Source: Harriotta raleighana (taxonomy: Eukaryota). Taken from it: a stretch of DNA of 64,000 nt. The number at the start of each line of letters is the position of its first letter. Within the stretch, counting starts at the first letter, position 1. Positions 51,221 through 64,000 of the stretch are shown piece by piece. The position numbers and the translations under genes were made by a program. The stretch covers positions 47,592 through 111,591 of the forward strand of contig JBNZDD010013315.1 in the NCBI GenBank assembly GCA_050575255.1. The letters are read 5' to 3'. The notes beneath the pieces are model-generated. The model ran no database searches, had not been told where the DNA came from, and saw only the letters and a program-made list of their open reading frames with translations.

Positions 51221-51410
51221 AGCTGGTTACTCTCAGTTCATCTGGTTATTCATGATGATCTGGTTACTCGGGGTGATCTAGTTAGTTCTGGTGATCTAGT
51301 TATTCTGGTTATCTAATTATTCCTGTCGATCTGGTTATTCAGGCTGAGAGTATGCACAGTATTACTGAGCTGCTGAATATTTAAGATGATTTAGTTACTC
51401 AGGCTGAGAG
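51221..51410. repeat. Degenerate ~17-18-bp minisatellite (gatctggttattc...)
   Basis: About eight imperfect copies. Confidence 0.75.
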
Positions 51411-51426
51411 AAAAGGGTGAGGAAGA

Positions 51427-51566
51427 CACACATACACTACACCACACACTTACATGCACACACACCACATACACACACACCACATACATACACACACCAC
51501 ACACATATACCACACATCACACACATACACCACACACCCACCACACACACACACACCACACACACA
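51427..51566. repeat. Imperfect (CA)n tract
   Basis: Direct reading. Confidence 0.9.
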
Positions 51567-54500
51567 GCTTTAAACCCTGTTCTAGGACCAGATATTGCTA
51601 GCAGGTACTAGTATCCACACACTCGGGCTATGATGCTATTAAGATTTCTCAGATATTTTTCCAATTTGACTGGCAAGTAGTTTTGTTTCTCTTCTGTTCC
51701 GAGTGACCCTACACTGTGACCCTGAATAAATAGCAAACAATCCTGTGGGAATGAGTGAACATGGTCCCACAAGAAAATTTGTGCCTAGAGATTAGAGATT
51801 AGCTACTGTTTGTAAGTATCCACATCTTTTCTTTTCGCAATACTGGACCAAGGTGACAAACTGCCACAATGTGGGATTTAAAACCTCTTCGAAGCTTTAA
51901 TGTTTCATCTGACATTTAAACTATGTAAACATAAGAAACGCACTCATGGCTCAAATGGTTTGTGAAAATGGGTTTTCTTAATTGCCGATGTTTAGAAATT
52001 GGTATTTAAACTTTATTTCCACCATTGAATCAAACTGCACCTCCTCACCTTGTGTCGTGAATCAGATTTTAACTTCCCAATGACAAAATAACTTCCCCGA
52101 ATAAACATCTGATTTTCTGCAGAAATTCCATTTGTAGGTATATCTTTATAGTCATATTGTTTTTTTTAACTGATTTTCATAAGAGGATTGTTTGGCAACA
52201 AAGACTTGATTAGAATTCACTGACTGTTTGTGTATCACACAGTTTATTACACTTTGGAACAATTAGTTAAAGCGAACATGTTTTGATTGGAAACACTGTG
52301 ATGCTGGGCTCATTATAACCCAGCCCAAGCTGATATTCAAGGCTTTAACCCTCAGCTGCCAGGTTTCCACACAGGTGGTAGGTGCCATCTTGAACGTTTG
52401 AATTTTGTGAAGGTTTGAAGCCTGGGGGTTGTTGTTGTTGTTGTTCTTGTTGTTGCTGTTGCTGTTATTGTTGGAGTGAATAGTGGGAATAAACACTTGT
52501 GTTGCTGGAAGAGAAATAAGCAGGAGTGAAAGCTAACATGATGACCACGACCATCAGGCCTGACAATCAGGCCGCACTGTCTGCAGATAAACAATTGATT
52601 CGAGGACAGGATTCCAATCAACCCAAAACACTTTTCTTTCACTCACTTCCCAAATTGCTTCCTATTCTATACGGTTCTGAAGCCTCTGATGGTTTCTGTT
52701 TGCTCATTAGGCAGTATTCCATGATCCAAATTGCTTTCCATTCATTCGCATTCTATGGAATTCAAAGTACCAAATAGCACTCTGCATTCATCTGACCACT
52801 AGTTTCTGATACACACGGAATACTAAACATATTATCTGATTCCACATCAAACTCTGCGTTCACTCAGGTTCTCAGTCTCTGCCTGCTAATATTGTTCAAC
52901 CATTATCTAATTTAATTTAAACACAGCAGCATATGTTACATGACTCATTTTTCCATAAAGTAATTCTCCTTGTAAAGGTTTTTTAAAAAAAAACTGATGT
53001 ACAGTATAGAGCCTAGTTCATGTCAATCGAGATTCACATGTGGCAGAGAGTCTCTTACAACAATGCACAATGTGAATGAGGCGTTTAGGGACAGATTCCT
53101 GGAATAGTGCCGGACACATTGACAATCCCACATCCCGTAATTCATTAGCTTTTTATTTTCTGCTACAAATGCTGCCAGCAAACAGCCTCATCTCACATTT
53201 TCATTTCAGTAAACAGACTTAATTAAAAAAAGATTAAGTGGATCTTACAGCCCGTGGAATGGAGAAAAAATTGAGATTGCTTTTGGAAATTTATGAGTCG
53301 ATGCTCGAAGTAGTTCATTAAACTGAAATTACAGAAATTATTTTCTTTTGTTACCACTGCACCCATACAAATGAACGTGTTGTAATGTTTTATAGGATAC
53401 TCACAAACTTCCAAGTATTTATTCACATTTTGGAGTGAATCATTGTAATTGCACTGAATCATTATTAACTATTCCAAAGGTGCCAACCCAAAGGGCCACT
53501 TTGGTTACGCTTTACAAACAGCCGTTCTCTTTGGTTGGTCTTCATTATGTTCCCATAGATTCCCCACGGATAGTGTTCAAAACAGAAAGATAGGAGAGAG
53601 AGAGAGCAGCAGACACCTAAGGTTTATGCTGTGAAGTCAGAGAAAAAAATAGAATAATGCAAACTAAGGGAAAAAAACACTGCGAATAAATTTATATTAT
53701 GTTCTTGTGCCTCGTGGACTCCATTGCTACTAAGAGAAACAATGAGAAAGATTCTATACACATGTGAGTATCTGTGCCTGTTGCATGTCATGTAGATGAC
53801 TCAATGATAATTGCATGATCCATACATGTATGTTACACAAACCTGGATGCTTATACTCCCACGTGATGTAAGGAAGAAAAGCTTCTCTGATGTGTTACAG
53901 CAATGGCTGTATGTGGAACTGTGCGACTCTGCCATTCAGATAAGTTGTCTCGTCTCTACATTCAGAATAATTAAGTAATGGCGTAACAGCTATTGAATAT
54001 CACTTTCAATTCCGTGTGTTATTGCCGTCCCCCCGAGGACAGAGCCCCAGTGACAATGCTGCTCCCAGAATAAATTGAAGCAACATTTGCTGGTCACACA
54101 GAGAGAGAAAACGAGACTCAGAGGCTTAGTTTGCTCTTATTTTAACCTTTCTTTAGTATGGCAAGTGTGAGGCCTGTATTGCAGAGCAAATGAACCATGA
54201 AAAGCAAGGGATTAGACCTGCCACTTAACTATAGTATCTTTCTTCAAGTGTAACTAAAGGGATTTGCAAGCTTCAGTGAACAGAAGTAAACTTCTACCCC
54301 ACTGTTTGTCTTTGTCTGTCTCTGAGGTGGTACAGTCATGTCATATCTATAGGATGAACCCAGGGGTGACCTACGCCCCTTGATGTGCTTATTCCCTTGA
54401 ATGTCTAAGACGATGAGGGCTGTGTACTGGTTAGTGTCCAGTTAGACCTGATTAATGCCTTCTGCCACCAGCAAGATTGAGCTGGAGGCCATGTCCTGGC

Positions 54501-57500
54501 TTGTTACTACGCCCTCTAGCACCGATCACTGCGTCTCCATAGGAACAGGGATAGTAAGTGCTCCAGGGGTGACTTTCTGTATCAGAACCTTGTAGCTCAG
54601 TGTGAGAATGGAGGCCAGGGGCTGACCTGACTCCAGCCACTCACATAAGAAAATGCGAGTCCACAAAGTGAAGTGTCACTCAGGCCTCATTGTTGTTCTA
54701 ACGCACTGAGGAATGGAGTGTGAGCGAAACCATTTCTAAAACAGGATTCGGATTGAAACGGTTAGGACAGAATTTTGAAACCAATGATTTGACAATTCAG
54801 GCCACCCATTGTAGCAAAACTACTGTTCAGTCTGTGTCAGTTTTACCTTTGAGTAACAGAGATGAGGGTTCAAGCTGCATGTTGGGCTGTGAGCTCTAGG
54901 CTGACACCTGAGTGAGATGTTCTATTGTTGGAGGCTCTGCCCTTTGATCAAATGTTAAATCGTGCACAAGTAGCGGTTAAAAAAAAGGGAACTTTCAGTA
55001 TTTCAGATTACTGCTAATGTGACTTCCTGTTTACTGTAGATACTCAGTGCACAGGAAGTTACATGAGACGGGGACGGGGTTGGGGGGATGGACCTGATTA
55101 TGTTTATGCTGGACACTGTCCAGAAAACTAATTGGCTTTTTTCTAGGTGATCAGGTCACTGTCGTGTTGTGGAGATGAGATGTTGATCTGGCCATCTAGA
55201 CATTGAACTTTCATTTAGAACCCGGCCTCGAACCCACAAAGAGATTCCAAAATGGATAATTTCCGTCAATTCGTGGAGAGGTGATGTGAGCAGTGACCTG
55301 ATGACCCGGAAGTCGGTCACTGTTTTGTGTGATCATGTCTCTGAGCTGCTGTGTCTAAGCAGAATGTGGAGCTTCTGTTCGCAGTCAGGATTCTTTACAA
55401 GTAAATGTCAGCTGCACATTCTAAGTGAGTCTGCATTATATCAAAGTGTGCTATAGCAGCTTACGCTGTGCTTTGTTCTGTTGGTTTGCAGTCGAGAGCA
55501 GGGTTGGGATGGCTGCTCCTGTGTTCTTACTGAAGCAAGCGAGGAACCTGGTAGCGAAGGTTACAAGGTCTTTGGATCATCAAAAGCAAAGATACCAGTT
55601 CATAGTCCATCGGTTTAGAAAATAATTACCTTTCATTTGTAAAACACACTCCATTTGTCTTTAAAGACGAGAGAATAGTGTGTAAGATGCCTTCATTTCC
55701 TGCAGTATAAATATGTTTGTTTGTGAGTCCGCTCTGCATTACCTCTGCTGAGGAGAATGGAGTTAGGAATTACCTCCTGTGTTGGAATCTGTGAGTGACT
55801 CCACACAAGTATTGGGCAGATTGCCCTCAGTGATGTGCTTGAAGATTCAGTGTAATCACTGTGTTTATGTTGGAGTGAAGGGCAAAGAGAAATGTTTTTC
55901 TGCAGGAGTATACAGAATGGTTTTAGACATTTGTCAGCTTTGTAAATCAATACCTATTGACTCTTCTTTTCTGAAGTGTTGTTTATCTGCCACTACATCA
56001 GGAAACAGAATTTTCCAATCAAAAAAATGTGCTCTTAGTCAAAATTACATCTGTCAGAATTCACCTTTTCTCTTACTAACTGATCCTAAAATTGGTGCAT
56101 GTAGTAAAGTGCTTTAAAGTGTGCCAATCTATTAAATAAAAGGACACTTACAGAGGGAAACTAATTAAATGTGTGTAGGTGTCAGACATCTTTGGGAAAG
56201 ATCCACGTAGGTTTTTCTGCTCCAAAAGAAAGATCTCATCGTCTTCTAATCTCATCTGACAGACTGATTACAAAGCACAAACTCTTTAACTATCGAACAT
56301 TAATTGCGAATGCATGGTGGTGTCTACAGAACAAATATGCGGTGGCTAAAAGTATGAGTGTCTACCTCCTGAAACTCGTACTGACAGGACTGTTGTTACT
56401 ACACACACACAGACAGGAGAGCGAGTGGGCGCTTGCCATCATTGCCATCTACAGCACTGCCTGGCAAGCTTTCCCACAACTTGTCCAGCTGGGATCACTC
56501 TTCTGCTGGGTTAACAAGAGCTTGAGTGGAAGGATTCCCTGCCCGCGTTGACTGGACTACCCTTGCGGCCGATGAGCCAGGCTGGCTGTGCTGTCATCAG
56601 CAGTGGGAACCCTGGAATATTGAGAACCCGTCTGGCTCAGACCCCAGATTACAGTCCGCTACAGAGAGTTGGCTCAATCCTAATATTCCATTGCCAAACA
56701 TGTCACCTTTGGGCCAGTTCAGCCCCACGGAGACTCTGTTTATCAATCCGTAACTAGCAAGCAGCCGATGGATAATTAATAACAACAACAGGATTACATT
56801 TACGTAGCGCCTTTCACATCGGGAGGACGTCCCAAGGCACTGGACGTCATATAACAATTGTGAGGAGGTTTCTGGCTGGTTTCTTCAGTACCATCAAAGC
56901 AACAGTTGTTTGTGAAAATGTTGCAGAATGAGAAACTGTGAAGCCTTAAGTAGGTCTACAGCAGCGAGGGCTGTCGGAGGGGGTGGGTGGCTCGCTGGCA
57001 TGGATAGTGTGAACAGCACAAGGCCATATATAAACAGCTCTTTAGATTTTGAACAGGCTGTCAATAAAAGTTAAAGGAATTATTTCAGGTTTATCTCCTT
57101 TGAACTTGCTCTCCTTCCCTGAATTGTTGGGTCTGACTGAGGACGGCAAGATATGGAAGTATTATAATCAGCTTTCTAAATGAGCAGTCTTTGATGTAAA
57201 TTACATCTGACAAGGCTGTACTGAGAGTTCAGCTCCAATTGAGAAAGTCAGGAGGGGAGGTTGGCCTCTGACAGAATACTGAACAACAGGCTCCTCATCA
57301 AACATTCAGTGCTACTTACAGCTGTTCTGAAAGCCAGTTTGATTATGCAATCACTCAATGTTCCCCATTTAGCAGTGCTGGAATTATTTAACACTCAGCA
57401 AAGCCCTGAAAGGTTTTTGTTTATTTTCAGTATTCAGAAAATGCATTCTTTCTAACTTGTAAATTATGAATTAGAACCATAATTTACAGCACAGAAGGAA

Positions 57501-57854
57501 GCCACTAGCCCTGTGCTGGAATTGTGTAAGGCCTGGCATTGTGTAAAGGCTGACATTGTGTAAGGGCTACTGTACATACATTTGGTCCACTTCTCCTACC
57601 CTTTCCTCAGACACATTTCTCCAGAGACAATTTAAGAAGGTAGAAAGGTAGAAATCAACCTCATCTGAGGCAGTGAGATTATTGTGCCTAAAATTAACAA
57701 GACACACAATTGTGGAAAATTCATGAATTTGCTTTTAATTGGGAGATTGTCCTCCAGGTTAGGATGGAATTCAAGTCTTGTAAAGTTCTCTGCAATCCTC
57801 TAACCTTTGTCGACTCTAAAGATGTCTACAATACAACTTTGTTTATCTTCCTCT

Positions 57855-58050
57855 CCCGCCCCCACCCCTCAAGCCCTAACCCCTTTCCCCCCAGCCTCCG
57901 CCCTCAGTCCTCAGCCCCCACCCTCAGCACCCGCCCACAGCTCCCAATCACACACAGCCCTCGCCCGCAGCCCCCACCCTCAGCCACAGTTACCACCCAC
58001 TCACCACCCTCAGCCCCAGCTGCACTCAGCAACCCCCTCCCCCTACACCC
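57855..58050. repeat. C-rich degenerate repeat (cccaccctcagc)
   Basis: Several imperfect copies. Confidence 0.75.
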
Positions 58051-58850
58051 CATCTGCAGCGACTAAAGGAACCGAACACTGTGATTGAACATTCATTTCA
58101 AACCACAAGAGACGGTTTCAAACCCCATAATAGAGGATAGTTCAGAGATCTGACCATGTCCATATAACTGTGGGTGTGAGGTTTGCTCAGAGAGGGCAGG
58201 GCTGCTGCTGTCTGTACTCAGCTCAGGTTAACAGCAAAGTACAAAATCCCATCGTGAGATGTCCACAGACAAAAATAAACATTAACTGAAAAATCTTCAT
58301 CAAAATCAGAATCATTCTGTGATTTGGTATTGCAATGTTACATACAACAACAACAACAAAATTACATGTGTGCAGCGCCTTTCACATTGGGAGGACGTCC
58401 CAAGGCGCTGGACTGTCAGTGTTTGAACCCCTGGCATTGCTGACTAGATAAGGATATTGCTGGGATATCTGGTATAACATATCGGTATATCTGAGTAAAG
58501 AGCTGATTAAATTGCTGGATATATCTGAGTTTTCCAGTTTAGAGCATTATACAGAGAATGCACATCAGGTTAAGAACTACAATAAACAAGGCTCTAAAGC
58601 TTTACATGTTCAACATTTACAAAGAAATCACAGCAGAACGTTTAGTATTTAGTAAACAGCGCAGTGACAAACATGAAATAAACAAAGATGATTTCTTTAG
58701 AATACAATCCCAGCATTACCAGCTTTCTCCGTGACTGTAAATTGAGAGGAACATAGGTACGACATTGCCGAATGGACCTGCATTATAATGATTGGAGACT
58801 AAGGTTTAATGATTAGAAGGCTCAACCTTCTCTGCAATTTAGAATTTGTT

Positions 58851-59482
58851 TAACTGCAGCTGTGTGTGTGTGTGTGTGTGTAAACTGCAGCTGTGTGTGT
58901 GTATATCTATAGCTCTCTATAGGTACAAGTAACTGTAGCTGTGTATATGTATGTAACTATAGCTGTATTGTGTGTATGTGTAGTTGTAGCTGTATAATGT
59001 GTGTGTGTAGTTGTAGCTGTATAATGTGTGTGTGTAGTTGTAGCTGTATAATGTGTGTGTGTAGTTGTAGCTGTATAATGTGTGTGTGTAGTTGTAGCTG
59101 TATAATGTGTGTGTGTAGTTGTAGCTGTATAATGTGTGTGTGTAGTTGTAGCTGTATAATGTGTGTGTGTAGTTGTAGCTGTATGTGTGTGTGTGGAGTT
59201 GTAGCTGTATAATATGTGTGTAGTTGTAGCTGTATAATGTGTGTGTGTAGTTGTAGCTGTATAATGTGTGTGTGTAGTTGTAGCTGTATAATGTGTGTGT
59301 GTAGTTGTAGCTGTATAATGTGTGTGTGTAGTTGTAGCTGTATAATGTGTGTGTGTAGTTGTAGCTGTGTAATGTGTGTGTGTAGTTGTAGCTGTATAAT
59401 GTGTGTGTGTAGTTGTAGCTGTATAATGTATGTGTGTGTGTAGTTGTAGCTGTGTAATGTGCGTGCACTGTAGCTGTGTGTG
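58851..59482. repeat. 27-bp minisatellite (tagttgtagctgtataatgtgtgtgtg), about 18 core copies with degenerate flanks
   Basis: Direct reading; explains the 9-aa periodic ORFs in several frames. Confidence 0.97.
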
Positions 59483-62399
59483 CAACTAATATATGATGGC
59501 AAATGCCATTTTATTGTTAAAGCTAGTGACAAATGTCCATGATTTGCCCCTGAGCCTCTGTCAGAATCAGTGACACAAGCACAACAACAACATTACCTTT
59601 GTGTGTAGCGCCTGTCATAAATGAGATTGACGTGTAAATTGTGCAAAGTACAGTAGTAACTTCATTTGTAAGAACAACCAAGAAATCCATCCAGCGCAGA
59701 AAACAAGGACAGGGTTTACCCATTTGCTGTGTGTTTGGGAGGATACTATGGTTGTGTTCACACAGTGAGGTGAGATAGATGAGCCAAGTCTCACCGAGTC
59801 TGCAGCTGCTGAGGTTTACTCACACATAGACCCTAGTCAGAGCAAGTTAATCAATCTCCAGTAATATCAGACTTATTGCCGCTGCTATTTATAAATATTT
59901 TTTCTGACTTGGTGTTTCTGGAGAGGCAAGTTGCAAATAATTTATGTTCAATTTATTGTGTTTAAAGCCATTCGCGAATAATTTTTGGGAAAGTAACTTT
60001 GTTGTGAAGAGACAATAAAGTATATATAGTAATGAGGTTGTGAGTCTGTGAGTGATTGCTGGCACTCAAAAGAAATGTGAAACAATGAAATGGAAAAACA
60101 TAAAAATATCAGAAAATGTTAGAGCCATAACTATGTACTTTGAAACTGCAAGCACCCAGCAATTATGTTATAAATTGGAGATATTCTTAAACCAAAGTAA
60201 CTATGAAAAAGATCAATACGATCAATAAGATCATTCAATGAACTTATCGGTCAATGTGGAACTCTCACCCGAAAGGGTAATTATACACTTTGATTCATCT
60301 CAAGCATTTGATTTTCAAATCAAAGCCAGATTTTCACGGGGACTGTTTGCCAAGGTTGTTCCCATCAATTGTGTGGAACTTGCTGGTTTCTGAGCGAGCA
60401 GAATCTCGGTAACATGAAGCGTAGGTCAGGTCCGCTCAGGTACATATCCTGGGGTTTGGCTGGTAAGGGATCAGTAGATGAAAGGATTTCCAAAAGGGAA
60501 AGGATTTTCTTCACTGTGTATAAATGAGATTAACAAATGATGAACATTGTGGTGAAGTGTTACATGGTTCAGGGGATGATGGGAGTAAAATACTAAATTT
60601 TAAATCCAGCATTTCCCATTGTGGTTTAATCTCTCACTCCAGACGTCCCTCAATGCCTCCCTGTGTCACTGTGAATATTTACAGAGGGCTACTGTTTGTC
60701 CTCTTATGCCTTTGCTGACTCTCTAAGTCTTTGTTTGGTTCGGGTCTCCAGCCTTCCCCCCACTCCCCTCCTCTCTCCCAACCATCGCTACCTTATATAT
60801 TTCTTCCTTTTGAAAATATATCTAATTCGCCCTAAAACCGCACATGAATTCTATCTCAAGTAGAGTGCAATTGTAATCCAGGTCTTGAACTGCAGCCTAA
60901 CTAATATTACCTCTTATTGCTTTTGTACATTGGGCTACTGGATATAAAAATATACAAAAAAAAATCCAGGAGCTACAGAAAGGTCAGGAACGTCAGTGAA
61001 TCTATCATATTGCAGTCGCTGCTGCAATCCATGGTCAGTGTCCTTCTGATTAGACTTCAACAATGATAAATGTGCATTTGGCCTCTAGACTGGCCCTCAA
61101 TGGAAAGGATGATTTGCAGTGATCTGTTATGTTGGAATTGCTAGATTAGTTTCCAAGGAATGAAACGTTTGACCGAGGAGATATTACTAAAATCGCTTTC
61201 ACCTTTTTCTGGTTTGATGAATAACGAAGTCCCTGAGGCGTGAGTTCCTCTATGCCCAGAGTTGGGATCTAATTAACATGTTCACTGTCTGAAGTGGGTG
61301 CATCTCATTCAGTTTCAACAGGATACGCTGAGCACTAATGAACAGCAACTCTCTGTCCAATAGCTCTAAGCATTCCACCAAACACTGGCTCCTTCACACT
61401 GTGAATAGATGGAACACTTATTAGTTCACCTTGTAAAACACTGTAAAAATCACACAGTTTGCTGTTGCCTGACCAGCTTTCCTGCTGCTTACCCAGGACC
61501 ACCCTCCCCTTGGGGCTTTGGCTTCCAGGGTTAACAGGAGCTGAGTGGAGGATTCCTGCCCCCAGTAACTGATTTGCATTTTGGGACTATTTAAGGGCAG
61601 TTTGGAGAGAGCAGAGCAGATGTGCTGAGGTATATATAGTAAACAATGCAGCAAGTTTCAATAACAATCAGATTACCTGGAGTTGATCTCTAATGCGTCT
61701 GGCATTGCACCAACATTTTTAATTTAAAGTCTTCCCCTCAGTTCAATATAATTCTAATATGCTGCACATCACTGGCAAAAGCAAGTCAACAGAAACTCCC
61801 TAATGTTTGCTTTCCGTAAGTCAGGCCAGCGATCGAGTTAGAATAATGTTGTTACCTTGATATTACTGAATCCCTGAATATGAAAGCGATTGAGGTATCA
61901 AATTGAAGTGCTGGAACTTTACATGTCATTCACTGACCATGTTCACTTCCTGAATGGGAATGTGAGTGTTTATTTTAATTGGTATAAGATCTATATTCAG
62001 ATGTGAGCTGTATGATTTCAGGGAAGTCTGAACTTCTAATGATGCACATTTCTTATACGATTGGATTTCACGATGGGAATGAAAGTGCTGAAGTGCTGTG
62101 ATCTCACCATGAGGCCACAGATCACAACCATTTTGTCTCAGTTGCTCTATTTATTGGAAGTTCTTATTTGTAATAATTCTACTCCTGATTAGTTTTAGTA
62201 GCAACTAAATGGAAAATCGCAGTGAAGCTACTCACAGCTTGTTCTTGTTGAACACTTTATCATCAAGATGGTAGCAACTATTCTTAGAAGGAACAATTGA
62301 AAGTGATGTTGTTAATGCAAATGGATGAAGTTATCCTCTGGCCCTTTTGATCTCCAGAATACCCATTACAGTATCAAGCTGATGAGCCCAGTGTTCTAG

Positions 62400-62790
62400 C
62401 CTTAAGTATTCTTCATTGGCAATCTATTCCAGCTGTTAATCATTTTAAGTAAAGTAACATTTCTTGGGTCTGTCCAGAAATTATGTTAAATTCTCTTGTT
62501 TTAATCCTAAAGTTCTAATTTTTGTTTTCACTTTCACTTAAAATGTTTCCACTCGTCCATCCATAGGGTCCTATTCTGAGACTTCTTCTTTCACCCCTGA
62601 AGAGTCTGAACTCTCTAATCATCGTCCTCAGCTCATTCCTTTAACACTGGGGATAATCCTCGCTTTCTGCTCTATCTCCCGGGTGTGGGCCCTCTTGGCA
62701 TCACAGCAAACAGCACAATTTGCAGAACTGTCCTGACCCAAGTAATATATACCTTGAGTATGAAATCCGCAGATTTGACGTCAGCTGATT
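62400..62790 (-). mobile_element. Highly decayed CR1 fragment
   Basis: Pyrimidine-rich with remnants such as ggcaatctattcca, tcctcgctttctgc and aaacagcacaatt...ctgaccca. Confidence 0.5.
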
Positions 62791-63207
62791 TAGCAATAAA
62801 CAACAATAACTTGCATTTATACAGCAAAAGATAATATAACGCTTCCCTGTGGGGTAGAGTTCCAGATCACTTATAGTCCAATATCAGCTTCCAGTTTGCC
62901 TTGTTTATTGGCGGCTCACAAAGTGACCTTCCATCCCCAAAACAATTTCTGCTTCCATCCCATCCATAGATTAATACAACAATAATAGTACATGTGTTAC
63001 CAAAAGCTCCCGCTGTGTTCTTTGTGCCGACAACGATTGTGATCCAGGGAGACCTTAGCTTAAGTAACTCTATCACTTCACAAGGGACACATGACTTTCA
63101 ACTTCAGAGAACATTTCAGAGAAACAAAAGATATTTGAACAAAGTACTGGAAATTAGCTTTGGGTTTGAAACTAGGTATTCATGCGTGGATGTCAGGGGA
63201 TCACAAA

Positions 63208-63677
63208 TCTGGTACCACATCACTCCTACCTCCGCGACCACATCACTCTTACCTTCCATTGGCTCTCCATCCCCCATAGGATTGAATTCAAGATCCTCGT
63301 CCTCACATTCAAGGCCATTCACGGTCTTGTCTCCTCCTATCTTTCCGGCCTGCGGTCTCACTATGAATGTCTCCCCCCTCCATTTAGCGGGCTCCAGTCT
63401 GCTCCATGTCCCCCACCCGATCTGGCCATCAATGGCCAGGTTTTCAGCCTCTCTCTCTGCTCCCACACTCTGGAACTCCATCCCCCAGTCCTTTGCCTCG
63501 CTTCCTCCCTTGCCTCCTTCAAGGCCAGTCTCAAGATCCTCCTCTTCAATTGTGCCTGCTGCCGCCCTCCCCCTCTCCCTCCCCTCCCCACCTCCCCCTT
63601 GCTTGGTTCCTGACCCCTGTTCAGCATGTCCTCCCAAAGTGAAAGGCCCTCTCTAAATGTAATTTTGTTGTTGCATT
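63208..63677 (+). mobile_element. L2 ORF2 C-terminus and 3' tail
   Basis: HWLSIPHRIEFKILVLTFKAIHGLVSSYLS and SAPTLWNSIP motifs; tail aatgtaattttgttgttg. Confidence 0.92.
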
Positions 63678-64000
63678 GTATCACACTTGTAGATAGTGTG
63701 TTTAATGTTTGTTTAATCTCAGATTCATCCTGCAGCACATTATGAAAGCCCAGGCATCAGCCATAATGGTATCTCCACCACAATAGAGATTTGCTGAACA
63801 CATTGCACTGACTACAATCAATGCTGCTTCTTTTCCCTTTTTATTCCACTCAACGGTTGGAACTAATCTGATCTCTTTGACTAAAGACATCACATTGATG
63901 CTGTAGTGCTCGCTTTGGGGATTGGAGATTCCAGAAGGTGTAATTATAGCAACTGGTAGAATATAGATGTGCGATCTTAAAATGGCAATGCGCAGCATAG

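Noticed and set aside
51300-51320. tctggttatcta resembling miR-9
   Set aside because: Partial match inside a degenerate minisatellite with no precursor hairpin
56526-56753. ORF containing IENP, resembling Trk IENPQY
   Set aside because: Lacks the NPQY tyrosine, the upstream SPLHHI and VIGMT motifs and suitable splice sites; the real juxtamembrane exon must lie beyond the window
58907-59532. Long His/Thr/Tyr- and Cys-rich ORFs, and a CRISPR-like periodic appearance
   Set aside because: Translations of a 27-bp minisatellite; no unique spacers and no cas genes
2935-63677. Apparent antisense bias of L2 tails
   Set aside because: A rough hand count of about 15 antisense to 9 sense is too small to distinguish from chance
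62994-63738. Overlapping 125-220 aa ORFs on both strands
   Set aside because: Frameshifted L2 ORF2 remnant and its antisense frames

Overview
Vertebrate genomic DNA, most likely from a cartilaginous fish (inferred from the repeat families; a holocephalan such as Callorhinchus is my best guess). The window lies inside a + strand Trk neurotrophin-receptor gene that most resembles NTRK3/TrkC. I read ten internal coding exons by hand, with canonical AG/GT boundaries and consistent phases: 75, 72, 69, 155, 143, 142, 300, 24, 56 and 103 nt. They total 1139 nt with no stop and encode LRRs, the Cys cluster, Ig1, Ig2, a microexon, the stalk, the TM helix and the KFG motif. The signal-peptide exon and the kinase exons lie outside the window. 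Most supplied ORFs are spurious or decayed retroelement frames. The introns hold many tRNA-headed Deu-domain SINEs, L2 and CR1 LINE fragments, pogo/Tigger-like DNA elements, a decayed 28S rRNA fragment, minisatellites and three single-N assembly joins. I found no convincing new biological system. The best leads are: inverted young SINE pairs bracketing in-frame exon cassettes (including the TM cassette), a divergent ligand-binding Ig2, an apparent 9-nt acceptor shift, an interrupted 28S fragment and several nested insertions. Comparisons to human Trk proteins and repeat consensuses are from memory, not from database searches.
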